NCBI RefSeq assembly: GCF_963921235.1
Contig: NC_086097.1
Location: forward strand, 215,266,001-215,330,000
Source: Mobula hypostoma
Taxonomy: Eukaryota
DNA: 64,000 nt
Reading direction: 5' to 3'
The notes below the pieces were generated by a model. The model ran no database searches. It was not told the origin of the DNA and saw nothing but the letters and a program-made list of their open reading frames with translations. Position numbers and translations under genes: made by a program. Positions 13,930 through 27,764 of this stretch are shown here, in pieces. Every line of letters begins with the position of its first letter. The first letter of the stretch is position 1.

Positions 13930-14760
13930 ACATAGGATCTACAATGACTTGGTAGATTTGGCTTGGCCATAGAAGATTGAGGGTTGTAGGAGAGGTGCGT
14001 CATTTTAACTAGAGGTCTATGACCAGTGGTGTTACGCAGCCGGGGCCTCCACTGGATGAACATGTAGATGGACTGATTCATAAGTTTGCACACAACACAA
14101 ATATTGATGAAGTTGCAGATAGTAAGGAAGGTCAACAAAGGATACAACAGGATGCGGATCATTTGGAAATATAGGTAGACAAGTAACAGATGGAGTTTAG
14201 TCTTTGGGAGGCCACATTCAAGAGGGAATTATATAGTAAATGGTTGGATCCTTAGGAGCACTGCTGTACAATCTTAGGGTGCAAATCCATAGCTCCCTGA
14301 AGCAGTTCGGGTGGTGAAGAAGACAAATGGCATACTTCTCTTAATTGGTCGGAGATAAAGTATAGAAGCCAAGAAGCCAAGTTACAGCTGTTTTTAGCTT
14401 TGGTTAGACCATATTTGGAGTACTGTACTGAGTGCCTTGTGGTCACCACATTAAAGGAAGAGACTTTGGAGAAGGTTGCGAAAATGTTGACTGTTGAGTA
14501 GATTAAAGAGTTTTAGCTATAAGGAGAGGTTGGATGAATTTGATTTCTTTTCTTTGTCTGAGGAGGAAGCTAACAGAAATATATAAAATTATGAAAGGCA
14601 TTTAGAGGTTAGAATCTATTTACCTCAGATTCCTTTGGGAATGTCAAAAAATGAAGGACAAAGATTTAAGTGAGAGGGATAAAGTTTAAAGGAGATTTGC
14701 GAGGCAAGTTTGTTTAATGTGCAGAAAGTGGTAGGTACTCATTGCCATGGGAAATGGTGG
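13930..14760 (+). mobile_element. Old CR1 RT/3' fragment
   Basis: Degenerate CR1 RT C-terminus (ttggttagaccatatttggagtactgt = LVRPYLEYC). Confidence 0.7.
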
Positions 14761-15078
14761 AAGCAGATAAAAGTGTTTCAAACTATTTCTATTTTCAATA
14801 AAAAGACCACAGATTGAAGTGAGAGTTCTTTCAGTTTTGTTTATCTGGGGTGGGATTCTGCTCTGCTTGTGTGATGAGATCAGCAGATCAGTTGTCTCGT
14901 GGGCCCCATTTACAGTGAAATACATTGTTAGTGGGCAGCTCACCTGCACCAGAGGCTTCATGAGCATTTCCCCATCCTTTTCTCCTTACATGCAACCTGC
15001 TCCCTCACACACTCATTCGGTACGATGGCAGGGGATTGCATTATGTTCCTGTTTATCTCCTGCTTCCACTTTACTTAC

Positions 15079-15185
15079 TTCCTTGAGCATTCTCTTTGGA
15101 TGATCCAGTAGTTCAGGTTCTGCTACCACTGGACTGAGGGACTGAAGGGTGAAGATTTCCAAAGGTATACTGTCACCTTCATAAC
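15079..15185 (-). other. Candidate internal exon (107 nt), transcript unknown
   Basis: Acceptor ttgtgctttctag| and donor GAA|gtaagt; only one frame open (YEGDSIPLEIFTLQSLSPVVAEPELLDHPKRMLKE); unique sequence; product not recognised. Confidence 0.45.
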
Positions 15186-15569
15186 CTAGAAAGCACAAGC
15201 ATAAAAATCCATGTGATTTATGAGGGAGAGATCCATAAACACTGATGGGAAGGTGAAATAAATTTCATTCAGCACAAATTTTTATTTTAGTTGGTTCTCC
15301 GTGATTCTTCCTTTTCTTCTTTATTATCTAGTCAAGGTGGAATGATCTAAAGACCCCATCAAAGATTCCTTCCGAATTCATCAGCTTGTGCAGCCTCTTA
15401 GAGAATTAGACATGGTCTGTAGAGCCAAGCAACATCCCCACATAATGCAAACAAAACATTTCCTTATATTTTCCACCATTGTACTTAATAGTGAATAAAA
15501 TACTTTAAAATTTTTTTCAGAAAAGATGAGACCCAGATAGATATGGCGGGTGACTCTACAGTATGTTAA

Positions 15570-16140
15570 GAAATATAGAACATTGAACAGTACAGCAGAG
15601 TACAGTTCTTTTGGCCTAGGATATTGTGCTGAACTATATAAACCAATCTAACCTTGCCTTCCTACAAAGCCCATTACCCTCTATTTTTCATACATTCATG
15701 TTCCTAGCTAAGGTCTCTTAACTGTCACTATTGTATCAGTCTCTACCATCACTTTTCACGGTGTGTTCTAGGCACCCACTACTCTGTGTAAAAAAAATAC
15801 TTCTGCCATCTCCTGTAAACTTTCCTCCACTCACTTTAAGCAGATAGCTTCTGGTATTGGCCATTGTCACCCTGAGAAAAAGGTGCTGGCTATTCACTTT
15901 GTCTATGCTTATCATAATCTTTCATACCTTTATCAAATCACCTCTCATCCTCCTTTCCTCAAAAGGGAAAACCCCCAGCTTGATCAACCTTTCCTCATAA
16001 GGCATGTTCTTTAATCCAGGCAGCATCCTGGTAAATCTCCTCTGTAAAGCTTCCACATCCTTCCTGTACTGAGGTGATCAGAACTGAACACAGTACTCGG
16101 TATGGTATAACCAGAGTTTTATTGAGCTACAATATTATCT
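15570..16140 (-). mobile_element. CR1 3' fragment
   Basis: Similar to 1870-2320 and other CR1 3' ends. Confidence 0.7.
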
Positions 16141-16334
16141 CATGGAAGATGTGCCATTGGAGACTGAGGCAGACTCAGCGGCTGCTGGTTAAGGTAGCAG
16201 GCCAATGCATGGGGACATGACTGATGGTCAGTGGTCAGTAGATAAGGTATTTGCAGGAATGAGTGATTAGCATCAAACTGGTGTGGTTGTGCACTAGGCC
16301 AGTAATCAGTGGACTTAACCAGATGTGTTGTACG

Positions 16335-17030
16335 TTCAGAATTCAATGTGAATTTATTATCAAAGTATGTGTATATCACCATACTCTATATTCAGATTCA
16401 TTTTCTTCTAGAGAAAAAAATACAATAGGATTATATGAAAAAATATACACAGACAAAGTCAGACAAATACCTAATGTGCAAAAAAAAGGAAAACTATGCA
16501 AATAAAAATAATATTAAGAACACAAGTGTATTATTTAAGTACAGTGTTTTGTGTAGATGTGCTCAGTGATGGGGAGAGCTTTACCGGTGATGGACTGGGC
16601 CATATCCACTACTTTTGGTAGAATTTTCTGTTTCTTTACCAAGCTGTGATGCAGCCACAGCTCCTTCTATAGAAGTTTGTCAAAGTTTTAGACGTCATGT
16701 TGAACCTTTGCAAACTCCTAAGTAAGTAGAGGTACTGCCGTGCTTTACTATGTGGCAGGGAAATTGTAGGCAAGTTCTCGAGTAGGTCACATGGATGGCA
16801 CAACATTATAGGCCAAAGGGCCTGTTATGTGGTGTAGATTTCTATGTTCTTCATAATTGCACTTATGTGCTGGGCCCAGGACAGATCCACCGAAATAATA
16901 ACACCGGGGAATTTGAAAATGCTGACCCTGTCCACCTCTGATCCTCCAATGAGGTCTGGCTCATGGACCCCTGGTTTCCTTGTCCTGGAGTCAACAGCCA
17001 GCTCCTTGGTCTTGCTGACATTGAGCAAGG
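16335..17030 (-). mobile_element. Rex1/Babar-type LINE fragments
   Basis: ORF 16825-17028 LNVSKTKELAVD..VSIFKFPGVIISVDLSW is the RT thumb region. Confidence 0.75.
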
Positions 17031-18549
17031 GGTTCGTTGCTCAATGTTCCCTTTGGACGTTATTGGGGACTAGCATAGATGACGAAATGGTTTGTTATCA
17101 TGTTTCACTCTGTCAAAGTACTGCTGAAATAATCCGTGCTACGTGATGAAATGTTTTGTATGCAGCATGACATGCTGGCAGCAGCAGGACAGGTTAAGAA
17201 AGGAAAGGAACATTTGATCCTTAACTGCACAAACTGATGGGGCTCCCAGCTGACTCCGACATGAGTTACAGGTGTCTGAACTGATGTTCCCCCAAAAGAA
17301 GAACGGATAGTTCTTATGGTAGTAAGTCAGCAGGTCAGTTCCCCTTCTGAGTATTGACCCAGTACACACTATTTTAGACACAAATGGGAACAGTGAGACA
17401 AAAATCATCCTGGTTGGTTTTGTATGTACATTTATAGGGAAACATATAGCTGAAAGGAAACAATAATTATATCTAATTGTCGCTTTGTCTAATTTGTCAA
17501 GAAGAATGTCAGCATTTCTCTGCTCAGAATGGATTATGAGTAGAACTGAAACAATCGGTCAGAAGTTATTGACAGAAATGGAAGGAAATTTAATTTGTCT
17601 TAAAATAAAAACCATTAGCGCCTATCTTCTGATAGCATTTTTCAAGCAATTAACGTTTGCATAAGAAAATGAGATCACTCGTCTGTGTGTTGTTCAAGAG
17701 TAATAGAAAATCTTAGATCTTTGAAATGCTTGCTGTAAGCAGAAAATAACTGCAACATCTCATGTAGAATCTCAGAGAGTTTCAGTGCATTCAAATCAGT
17801 CACTATGAAGGGCAAATTTCCTGGAGTTCTTTTTTTTTTGGCTGTTTTCATTTACTAAGCTAAAAGGCAGAACTGATTAAAAATATTTCTCAGATATTCT
17901 CCTGAGAATACCAGTAACTAGACTTCACAAAAACACTACCAGCACTATCATTATCTGGACCCTGTCTACTAGGTGCAGAAGTTTAAATGCTGAATTAGCG
18001 GATGCTTCCTGAAGCATGTAAATATGCATTAGGACTTCGGACAATCTGTCTCGTGCACACTGATACCCGAGAACAGTTTCTGTGTTTTTCTCAGAGCTTC
18101 CAGTTGGTGTTGGGGTCAGAATCCTGAGCCTTCGGCTGTTCTTTTGCCACCTGACAGAGCAGGAGAAATGAAGTTACTAAGTGCTGATTGTTTCCAAATG
18201 GTTTAATTGGCTCTGTGTTTCCTGTTGTAGTAAACAGCGCACTAGAGACAGTCATTGCCATTAGCAGGCAAGTGGACTGAAATCATGCTGTGTGATATAG
18301 TAGCATAAATGGGTTAATACCTTTAGTCAAGCAGCAGACAAAGGAGGTTTATATAATTTTGCATTAATATTGCACAGCATAGTTTCAAGTCAATCCCCTT
18401 CTTCCTGCAGGTTAGAGATCACAGGCTGACTGTACAAACTGATGGCTACAATAATTGATGGCTCCATTTGCTTCTTTAAGTGGATCATTATCAGGGCTAA
18501 TTATAAACTGCGGCAGAGAAAGAAGATAGTGAAGTTGTAAGTCGGGGTG

Positions 18550-18690
18550 GCAGATCCTGATGAAGGGTCTCAGCCCAAAACGTCGACTGTTAATTCCCAT
18601 CCATGGATGCTGCCTGACCTGCCGAGCTCCTCCTGCACATTGTGTGTATTGCTCTGGATTTCCAGCATCTGCAGTACCTCTTGTGTGTGT
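18550..18690 (+). mobile_element. Penelope-derived short repeat
   Basis: cCTGATGAagggtctcagcccAAAACGTCgactg (hammerhead core with GAAA>AAAA), followed by the pLTR arm. Confidence 0.75.
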
Positions 18691-19321
18691 GGAAGATACA
18701 TTGCTGCTCACTCCAGTTACATTGGCATTATAATACTTTTCACATTAAACTCCAATTTATCTATATTCAGTTTGACACTCCATACTCAACTCTTAACATT
18801 TTGCTTTAAGTAATTTTCCAAGTTTTTCTATACCTTTTGTTTTTTTAACTGCCCGTCCAACAAATAGGTTAGACTGTGAATTCTAATGCACAGAGGCAGA
18901 TTTGTTAGTGCCTCTGTAATGGGGCACTGACATTTGTTTTCTGCTTTTTTTTTTCTTCATTTTTTTTTGGTGCACCACTGAAAAAGATTGGTAAACTGAC
19001 AATGTCTTCACTAGGGGAGGCAGGGAGGGAAGTCGGGTCTGTGTAAAGCCAGTCATATCTTTATCAGTGGAAGGACAGTGAAATATCCCAAAGCATCAGG
19101 ACGAGCTTGAAGGGTGGGTGATCGTCTGGATTGTCAGAATGGGAGACAGAGCTGATTTTCAGGAAGATTATAGGCTTCGGAAGTATCAAAGAACGTCAAG
19201 AGGAAGGAAGCTCAGAAAATTTGGAGGTTGGGACCAGGTCCTTAGGAAGGTGTTTGAGTGATGGGTTTGCCATTGTTCTTTGGGGCAGGCACAATAATAT
19301 CAGGGTAAATGTGGATCTTAC

Positions 19322-19453
19322 CTTCCAGAGGCGGTCATCCTGCACTGCGTAGTAAGTCATGGTTTTCCCTGGATTGTCCATCGATAGTCACTCGGTCCAA
19401 CTTCCCGGAGTGTTCACTTAAATGATGTGAAATAGTGGCTGTCACCCTGCAGA
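19322..19453 (-). other. Candidate exon (132 nt), transcript unknown
   Basis: Acceptor gattacttttttcag| (alternative tctgcag| 7 nt later) and donor AAG|gtaaga; all three frames contain a stop. Confidence 0.35.
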
Positions 19454-19619
19454 CTGAAAAAAGTAATCAATTTTCAATCATGTAACTCTGAGAAATACCT
19501 TAGAGTAAGAATAAATTTGCAGGCAGTCACATTTTGTGGTTGAAAAACCCAAATTTCATCAGTTTTCCCTCAGACCGTTGATGATTGGAATCAGCCTGAA
19601 AGCTCTGACATACCTTATA

Positions 19620-20756
19620 AGGGTCATGTTTTTTGACTTCTCCAGTTCGTTCAACACCATCCGCCCTGCTCTGCTGGGGGAGAAGCTGACAGCGATGCAG
19701 GTGGATGCTTCCCTGGTATCATGGATTCTTGATTACCTGACTGGCAGACCACAGTACGTGTGCTTGCAACACTGTGTGTCCGACAGAGTGATCAGCAGCA
19801 CTGGTGCTCCACAGGGGACTGTCTTGTCTCCCTTTCTCTTCACCATTTACACCTCAGGCTTCAACTACCGCACAGAGTCTTGTCATCTTCAGAAGTTTTC
19901 GGATGACTCTGCCATAGTTGGATGCATCAGCAAGGGAGATGAGGCTGAGTACAGGGCTACGGTGGGAAACTTTGTCACATGGTGTGAGCAGAATTATCTG
20001 CAGCTTAATGTGAAAAAGACTCTGGTGGTAGACCTGAGGAGAGCTAAGGTACCGGTGACCCCTGTTTCCATCCAGGGGGTCAGTGTGGACATGGTGGAGG
20101 ATTACAAATACCTGGGGATACGAATTGACAATAAACTGGACTGGTCAAAGAACACTGAGGCTGTCTACAAGAAGGGTCAGAGCCGTCTCTATTTCCTGAG
20201 GAGACTGAGGTCCTTTAACATCTGCCTGACGATGCTGAGGATGTTCTACGAGTCTGTGGTGGCCAGTGCTATCATGTTTGCTGTTGTGTGCTGGGGCAGC
20301 AGGTTGTGGGTGGCAGACACCAACAGAATCAACAAACTCATTGGTAAGGCCGGTGATGTTGTGGGGATGGAACTGGACTCTCTGACAGTGGTGTCCGAAA
20401 AGAGGATGCTGTCTAAGTTGCATGCCATCTTGGTCAATGTCTCCCATCCACTACATAATGTACTGGGTGGGCACAGGAGTACATTCAGCCAGAGACTCAT
20501 TCCTCTGAGATGCAACACAGAGCGTCATAGGAAGTCATTCCTGCCTGTGGCCATCAAACTTTACAACTCCTCCCTTGGAGGGTCAGACACCCTGAGCCGA
20601 TAGGCTGGTCCTGGACTTATTTCATAATTTACTGGCATAATTTACATATTACTATTTATCTATTTATGGTTCTATTACTGTTTATTATTTCTGGTGCAAC
20701 TTTAACGAAAACCAATTTCCCCCGGGATCAATAAAGTATGACTATGACTATGACTA
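19620..20756 (+). mobile_element. Young 5'-truncated Rex1/Babar LINE with an uninterrupted RT ORF
   Basis: ORF to 20603: FFDFSSSFNTI, GAPQGTVLSPFLF, KFSDD, YKYLG; aataaa and (atgact)n tail. Confidence 0.9.
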
Positions 20757-20919
20757 TAACATGGGGAGCTGAAGTGAACACCCTGTTTAAGAGGCAGTTT
20801 CACCAGAACACTGTGAAGCTGGAACATTCCAACTAAGTTTGATTGGGACTTGGCTCCAATCTAGTAACGATTGTGGAGCTTCTTTCTAAGAAGTGCCATC
20901 TAATGCCAGTCTAGCTTAG

Positions 20920-21165
20920 ATTTTACCTTAAGTGAGGCGCACACAGTTATCATGTGGTGGCGTGCTGATGTACAAATGTTTGTACATCATTTGTTGTAGG
21001 TACTTTTCCAAATAACCCTAAATGCATTACATAAGCAACACAGAATGCTTAATCAACAATATATTTACAATATTACTCAAATATTACCGAAATATTCAAT
21101 ACACAACATTCCTCCCTGCTTAGCTTTAAACTCCAACTCAATATAGAGTGCATATCTATATTGTT
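20920..21165 (-). mobile_element. Gypsy 3' LTR fragment with polypurine tract
   Basis: Minus strand aagcagggaggaa (PPT) then tgttgtgtattg...; similar to the LTR starting at 60668. Confidence 0.65.
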
Positions 21166-21189
21166 ACTCACCATCTGCATGCCACCTTG

Positions 21190-21670
21190 GTGTGCTTGGC
21201 AATGGCATCAACACGAGTGATGCCAACAGACTCAATAAACTGATTAGAAAGGTTGGCTCTGTTATAGGAGCCCAACTGGACACACTGGAGGCTATGGTAG
21301 AACAAAGGACCCTACAGAAACTCCTGGAAATTCTGGACAATGTTTCTCACCTCTGCATGCCACCTTGGCTGAACAGAGGAGCACTTTTATTAATAGGCTA
21401 AGACAACTATAGAAACATAGGAAACCTATGCTGCTTCAAAGAGCAATATATGGAGTTATTCTTACCCTCGGCCATTAGGCTTTATAATGAGTAAACCTAT
21501 AGCCAGGGAGGTGATGACACTCTCTTGTTAGACTGTTTGAGGTAACTTATTTTTTGTTGTTTCATGCTTCTCTTCTAATATTTATATCTGTGCACTTGTA
21601 ACGTGACTATAATACCATCATTTCCTTTGCGATCAATAAAGTATCTATCTATCTATCTATCTATCTATCT
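21190..21670 (+). mobile_element. Rex1/Babar 3' fragment with (TATC)n tail
   Basis: DANRLNKLIRK matches the 19620 element's C-terminus; aataaa then (tatc)n at 21642-21670. Confidence 0.75.
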
Positions 21671-23621
21671 GTGTCAGGTCTCATTGATGCTCTCCTTTTT
21701 CCATGTCACTTATGTCATCCTCCTCTTTCTTTTTCTTTTCCTTTTCCTTCTTTCCAGGATATTTATCTTGATCTTGGGAAGGTGCATTAGAATTCACTGC
21801 AGTATTCTCTTACTGATCCTTCTATTGCTCCCTTTAGATTTGATCTCTCCTCTTCGTTTTCTTATCCATAGACCACAAGACCATAAGGCCATAAGATTTA
21901 GGAACTGAATTAGTCCATTTGGCCCATTGAGTCAGCTCTGCCATTTCATCATGGCTGATTCATTTCTCTCTCAGCCCCAATCTCCTGCCTTCTCCCCAAA
22001 TCCCTTCATGCCCTAACTAATCAAGAACCTATCAATCTCTGCCTTAAATGAACCCAATGACTTGGCCTGCACGGCCGCCTGTGACAATGAATTCCACAGA
22101 TTCTCTGGCTAAAGAAATTCCTCCTCATCTCTACTCGGAGGCTAAGTCCTCGGGTCTTGGAATCCCCCACCATAGGAAGTATCCACTCCAAATCCACTCT
22201 ACTGAGGCTTTTCAACATTCAATAGGTTTCAATGAGATCCCCCCTAATTCCTCTTAATTCCAGTGAGTACAGGCCCAGAGCCATAAAAAGCTCCTCATAT
22301 GATAAGCATTTCTATCAGGGAATCATTTTCATGAACCTCTTTTGAATTCTCTCCAATGCCAGCACATCCTTTTTTAAATAAGGAGCCAAACACTGCTCAC
22401 AAATCTGCAGTGAGGCCTCACCAGTGCCTCATAAAGCCTCAACATTACATCTTTGCTTTTATATTCTAGTCCTCTCAAAATGAATACTAACATTGCATTT
22501 GCCTTCCTCACCTCCAACGAACCTCTAGGGAATCCTGCACGAGGACTCACAAGTTCCTTTGCACCTCAGATTTTTGAAATTTTTCTCCATTTAGAAAGTA
22601 GTCTGCCACTTTTTCCCCATTCTCCTAATCTGTCCAAGTCCTTCTGTTGCCTCTCTGCTTCCTCAACACTAGCTGCTTTCTACCTATCCTCGTATCATCC
22701 ACAAACTTAGCCACAAAGCCATCAATTACACCATCCAAATCATTCACATACAATGCAAAAAGAAGCAGAGCCCTGAGGAGCACCACTGGTCACTGGCAGC
22801 AAACCAGAAAAGGCTAACCTTTATTCTCACTCTTTGCCTCCTCTCAATCAGCCAATGCTCTATCCATTGCTAATATCTTTTCTGTATACCACGGACTCTT
22901 AACTTGTTAAGCAGCCTCATGCATGGCACCTTGTCAAAGGCCTTACTGAAAATCCAAGTACGCAACATCTACTGATTCTCCTTTGCCTATCCTGCTTGTT
23001 ATTTCTTAAAAGAATTCCAACAGATCTGTCAGGCAAGATTTTTCCTCAAGGAAACCATACTGAATTAGACCTGTTTTATCATGTGCCTCCAAGTACTCCA
23101 AAACCACATCCTTGACAATGGACTCCAACATCTTCCCAACAACTGAGGTCAGACTAACTGGCTTATAATTTCCTTGCTTCTGCCTCTCTCCCTTCTTGAA
23201 GAGTGGAGTGACAGTTGCAATTTTCAATTCCTCTGGAATCATGTTGGAATTTATTGATTCTGGAAAGATCATTACTAATGCCTCCACAATCTCTTCAGCA
23301 ACCACTTTCTGAAACCTGGGGTGTAGACCATCTGGTTCAAGTGACTTATCTACCTTCAGACCTTTCGGCTTCCCAAACACTTTCTCCCTTGTAATGGCAA
23401 CTTCACTTTCCTCTTCCCCTCACCCCTCGACACTCTTGAATTTCCAGCATGCTGCTAGTGTGATGTAAAACAAGCAATTGGTTCATTCGGCATTTCATTG
23501 TCCCCCATTCCTACCTCTTTTCCAACAATCTGATATCTACTCTTGCCTCTCTTTTACACTTTAGATATCCGAAGAAACTTTTGGTATCCTCTTTAATATT
23601 ATTTGCTAACTTAACCTCATA

Positions 23622-24300
23622 TGGGAGGAGAAGATGGTGGCGCGAAGGCAGCGTGCGCGGCCTTTCCGGTGATGAATATCTGTTATCTGTCAAGTAGGGG
23701 ACCGTGCACAGTCCTGATTTGATGAAGACAGACGTGAGAGTACGGAGAAACATCTGGAAAACTTCTGAAATGCCCGCTTCGCTGCCACTGCTACTATGTG
23801 GTAACTGGAATCTCTGGAGCAGAAGGCCCCGAAATCCTCGGCTTTGCTTGTTTCAGCGGCTGGGGTGAGGTCGAAGGCGCTCGGCAGAGGATAGCGCTCG
23901 GGAGGCTGTATCAGAGGGGCTGGTCGGAGGCTTAAAGTTTTCAGACGGATGGACTCCGCGTTGGCTGTGGTCGGCTGCTTCCAAGGCATCGGCAAGTTGA
24001 CGGTGCCTGGAGGTTTATGGCAGGGAGTTTCTCCCTTTTGCCGCTACTATCGGGGACTCGGGAGTCGATCGACTCGGGGACTTTTGAGACATTTTTTACC
24101 GTGCCCATGGTTTGTTCGTCATCAAGTTATGGTTTGCACTGCTGTAACTATATGTTATAATGATGTGGTTCTGTCAGTGTTGGTCTTTGGTTTGTCCTGT
24201 TTTCTGTGATATCACTCCGGAGAAACATTGTATCATTTCTTAATACATGTATGCATTTCTAAATGACAATAAAAGAGGACTGAGTGTTCTCATAATCTAA
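23622..24300 (+). mobile_element. Non-autonomous retroposon inserted in CR1
   Basis: GC-rich 5' end with aagatggtggcg, 3' aataaa and short tail; CR1 sequence resumes on both sides. Confidence 0.55.
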
Positions 24301-24391
24301 TATTCCATCTTTTCTTTATTATTTTTTTAGTTGCCTTCTGTTGGTTTTTGAAAACTACTGAACCCTCTAACTTCCCACTATGTTTTGCTAT

Positions 24392-24680
24392 TGTAGCGAT
24401 GTGCTACACACAGAGCTAGAAATAACGACACACAGTCTGTAAGTTGCACTCGAGACTAGTGTATTCAAACTTCGCGGCACTGGCTTTTACGCAATTCCAT
24501 TCCCGCCCTCTCCAGGCAGAAATGATGTCAGAGGTGCATTACAAAAGTCTCTTCCCGCGTGCGGGCTTTCTCCCCTTGCTGGTGAAGAAGAAGGCCCAGC
24601 GCCAGCTTGGGGCTGGCCTCTCTGCCGACGTGCGCGGGGTTTTGTGAGCCGGTTCGCTGTGTAGAAAGTGGGTCGCCACA
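24392..24680. mobile_element. Solo LTR
   Basis: tgtagcga...tcgccaca termini; 4-bp TSD ctat (24388-24391, 24681-24684). Confidence 0.8.
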
Positions 24681-24919
24681 CTATACTATATTCGCTCTTT
24701 TTGGCATTTATGTTAGCTTTGCCTTTTCTTGTCAGCCATGGTTGCATCGTCCTGCCTTTAGAAAGCTTCTTCTTTGGGATGTATCTATGCTACACCTTCC
24801 AAATTGTTCCCAGAAGCTCCAGCCATTGCTGCTCTGACTTCATCCATGCTACTTTCACCTTCAAATCAATTTTGGCCATCTCCTCGCTCATGCCTCTGTA
24901 ATTCCCTTTACTCCACTGT

Positions 24920-25338
24920 AATAGACCATAAGACCATAAGACAAAGGAGCAGAAGTCAGTCATTCGGCCTATCGAGTCTGCTCCACCATTTTATCATGAG
25001 CTGATCCACTTTCCCATTTAGTCCCACTCCCCTGCCTTCTCACCATAACCTTTGATGCCCTGGCTACTCAGATACCTATCAATTTCTGCCTTAAGTACAC
25101 CCAATGACTTGGCCTCCACTGCTGCCCGTGGCAACAAACTCCATAGATTCACCACCCTCTGGCTAAAAAAATTTCTTCACATTTCTGTTCTGAATGGGCG
25201 CCCTTCAATCCTTAAGTCATGCCCTCTCGTACTAGACTCCCCCATCATGGGAAACAACTTTGCCACATCCACTCTGTCCATGCCTTTCAACATTCGAAAT
25301 GTTTCTATGAGGTCTCCCCTCAATCTTCTAAACTCCAA
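24920..25338 (-). mobile_element. Younger CR1 3' end inserted into an older CR1
   Basis: agaccataagaccataaga tail and CR1 3' sequence. Confidence 0.75.
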
Positions 25339-26195
25339 TACTGATACATCTGACTTTAGCTTATGATTCTCAGTTTCAGGGTGAATTCTAACATATTGTG
25401 ATTATTGTCCTCTAAGGGTTTCTTACCTTAACATCGCTAATCAGTTCCATTTCATTGCACAACACCCTATCCAGAATAACTGATTCTCTAGTGGGCTCAA
25501 ACACTATCTGCTCTAAAAAGACATCCCGTAGGCATTCTACAAATTGCCCCTTTTGGGATCCAGCACCAATCTGATTTTCCCAATCTACTTGTATATTGAA
25601 ATCCCCTTGACCAATGTAACATTGTCCTTTTAACATGCATTTTCCATCTTGCTTTGTAATTTGTAGACCACATATTTGCCACTGTTCAGAGGTCTGTATA
25701 TAACTCCCATCAGGTTCTTTTTACTCTTGCAATTTCTTAGCCCTACCCACAATGATTCTATGTATTCCAATGCTATGTCATCTCTTTTTGAGGATTTGAT
25801 TTCACTTTTTTACCAAAAGAAACACCCCCTCTGCCTACCTGCCTGTCCTTTCAATACAATGTGTATCCTTGGACATTAAGCTTCCAGCTATAGTCTTACT
25901 TCAACCATGAATCAGTGATGCCTACCATGTCATACATGGCAATCTGTAACTGTACTACAAGTTCACTTGCCTTATTCCATATGCTGCATGCATTCAAATA
26001 TAACATCTTCAGTCCTGTATTCATCATCTTTTTCAATTTTGTCCCCCTAATAATAAATAAACAAGTAAATCAACTACATATATTGAATAGATTATTAAAA
26101 AATCTGCAAAAACAGAAATACTGTATACTAAAAAAAGTGAGGAAGTGTCCAAAGCTTCAAAGTCCATTTAGGAATTGAATGGCAGAGGGGAAGAA

Positions 26196-27264
26196 AGACA
26201 CTGAAGGACTAGGGACTGGACTAGGATACAGGATGACAGCAAGGACATGGACATGAAAACCGAAAACCCGGAACAGGACTGGACAAGAGAGCTAGGAGCC
26301 CGGGCTTGGACTCCGAGCCAGAGACTGGACAAGTACCTGGGTCTTACCTCTGGCTCGGACCCCAGAACTAAGCAAGGATGAGGCTAGGCTGGCAGGCAGG
26401 ACGAGGCTGGAGTCTTCAGGCTTCAGGCTAGAGACTTGAGGCGAGGCTTGGCAGGAGGCAGGAGGCTGGAGTCTTCGGGCTTGAGGCTAGGCAGGAGGCT
26501 GGAGTCTTCGGGCTTGAGGCTAGGCAGGAGGCTGGAGTCTTCGGGCTTGAGGCTAGGCAGGAGGCTGGAGTCTTCGGGCTTGAGGCTAGGCAGGAGGATG
26601 GAGTCTTCGGGCTTGAGGCTAGGCAGGAGGCTGGAGTCTTCAGACTAGAGGCTAGAGGCTAGAGACTTGAGGCGAGGCTTGGCAGGAGGCTGGAGACGAG
26701 ACTTGAGGCGAGGCTTGGCAGGAGGCTGGAGACTTGAGACGAGGCGAGGCTTGGCAGGAGGATGGAGGCAGAAGACTGGAAACTACTCCTGGGCAGGGCG
26801 CGGTACTCCCGGGCAGGGCGTGGTCCTCCACCTGACAGAGGCAAGGGACAGGAAGGGAGCTAGGTACAGGGTGGCTCCAGGACAAGACAGCAAGACAAGG
26901 CAAGGCTTCAGGCAATGCAAGGCAAGACAGAACTTCAGGCAAGGCAAGAGTTACCGGCAAGATAAGGTAGGGCTTCAGGCATTGCAAGGCGAAATGAGCA
27001 CTTCAAGCGAGGCGAGAGTTACCGGCAAGGCTCCAGGCAAGGAAACAGAAGGCAAAGGAAAGGATACAAGGAGTAAGGACAAGAACAATCCAGCAGCCAT
27101 GCCCTGGTCTCTCAAGGTATTTATGCAGCCAGTCCCAACAAGCATCAGCTGCCTCAATTAGAGCTCAACAAGAATAGAAAGTGGGTAGACAGAAAAACCT
27201 GGAGCAAGGATCGATGGACTGGACCGTGAACCGGAATACGGACTTCATGGACCGGACCATGACA
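26196..27264 (-). mobile_element. LTR-retrotransposon 5'/LTR-like segment containing a minisatellite
   Basis: Begins TGTCATGG on the minus strand at 27264; interrupts a Rex fragment; strong purine skew; internal tandem repeats. Confidence 0.5.
26390..26770. repeat. 33-bp minisatellite (ggcaggaggctggagtcttcgggcttgaggcta) plus variant units
   Basis: About six near-perfect units at 26457-26645, seen as repeated RRLESSGLRLG in the ORF track. Confidence 0.9.
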
Positions 27265-27764
27265 AATAGATGGTAACAGTGAGAAAAGGGCATGCCCTGG
27301 GTGCTGGAGGTCTTTAATAATGGACACTGCCTTTCTGAGACACCGCTTCCTAAAGATGTCCTGGGTACTTTGTAGGCTGGTACCAAAGATGGAGCTGACT
27401 AGATTTACCACCTTCTGCAGCTTCTTTCAGTCCTGTGCAGTAGCCCCTCCATACCAGACAGTGATGCAGCCTGTCAGGATGCTCTCCATGGTACAACTAT
27501 AGATGACCTTGTGGACTGAAATTTTACCCTATCATCAGCCTCTTTTTGCTAGCAGTCTCACTACACACTGCCTCTGTTTATGAACCAACTACCCCATCCT
27601 CAGTCCTACCAATCTGCCTCCCATCCCCTGCCAAATTAGTTTAAAACTTCCCATCTGATGAGTTCTCCTATCTCCATTGACTTCATTCTTTTTGGCCTTC
27701 TATTCATCCAGTTGTATTTTGGTCTTTGCATCTACATCTACAAGCAGCTTTTTGTCTCCTACAT

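Larger units (their letters stand above)
21870..26050 (-). mobile_element. Degenerate CR1 LINE with nested insertions
   Basis: ORF pieces 23006-23380 (DKSLEPDG, NYKPVSLTS) and 25412-25636 (GDFN, APE); colinear with 49460-52200. Confidence 0.85.

Noticed and set aside
26390..26770. Regular repeat array resembling CRISPR or a repetitive protein
   Set aside because: Head-to-tail 33-bp units with no unique spacers, inside an LTR-like element in vertebrate DNA: a minisatellite.
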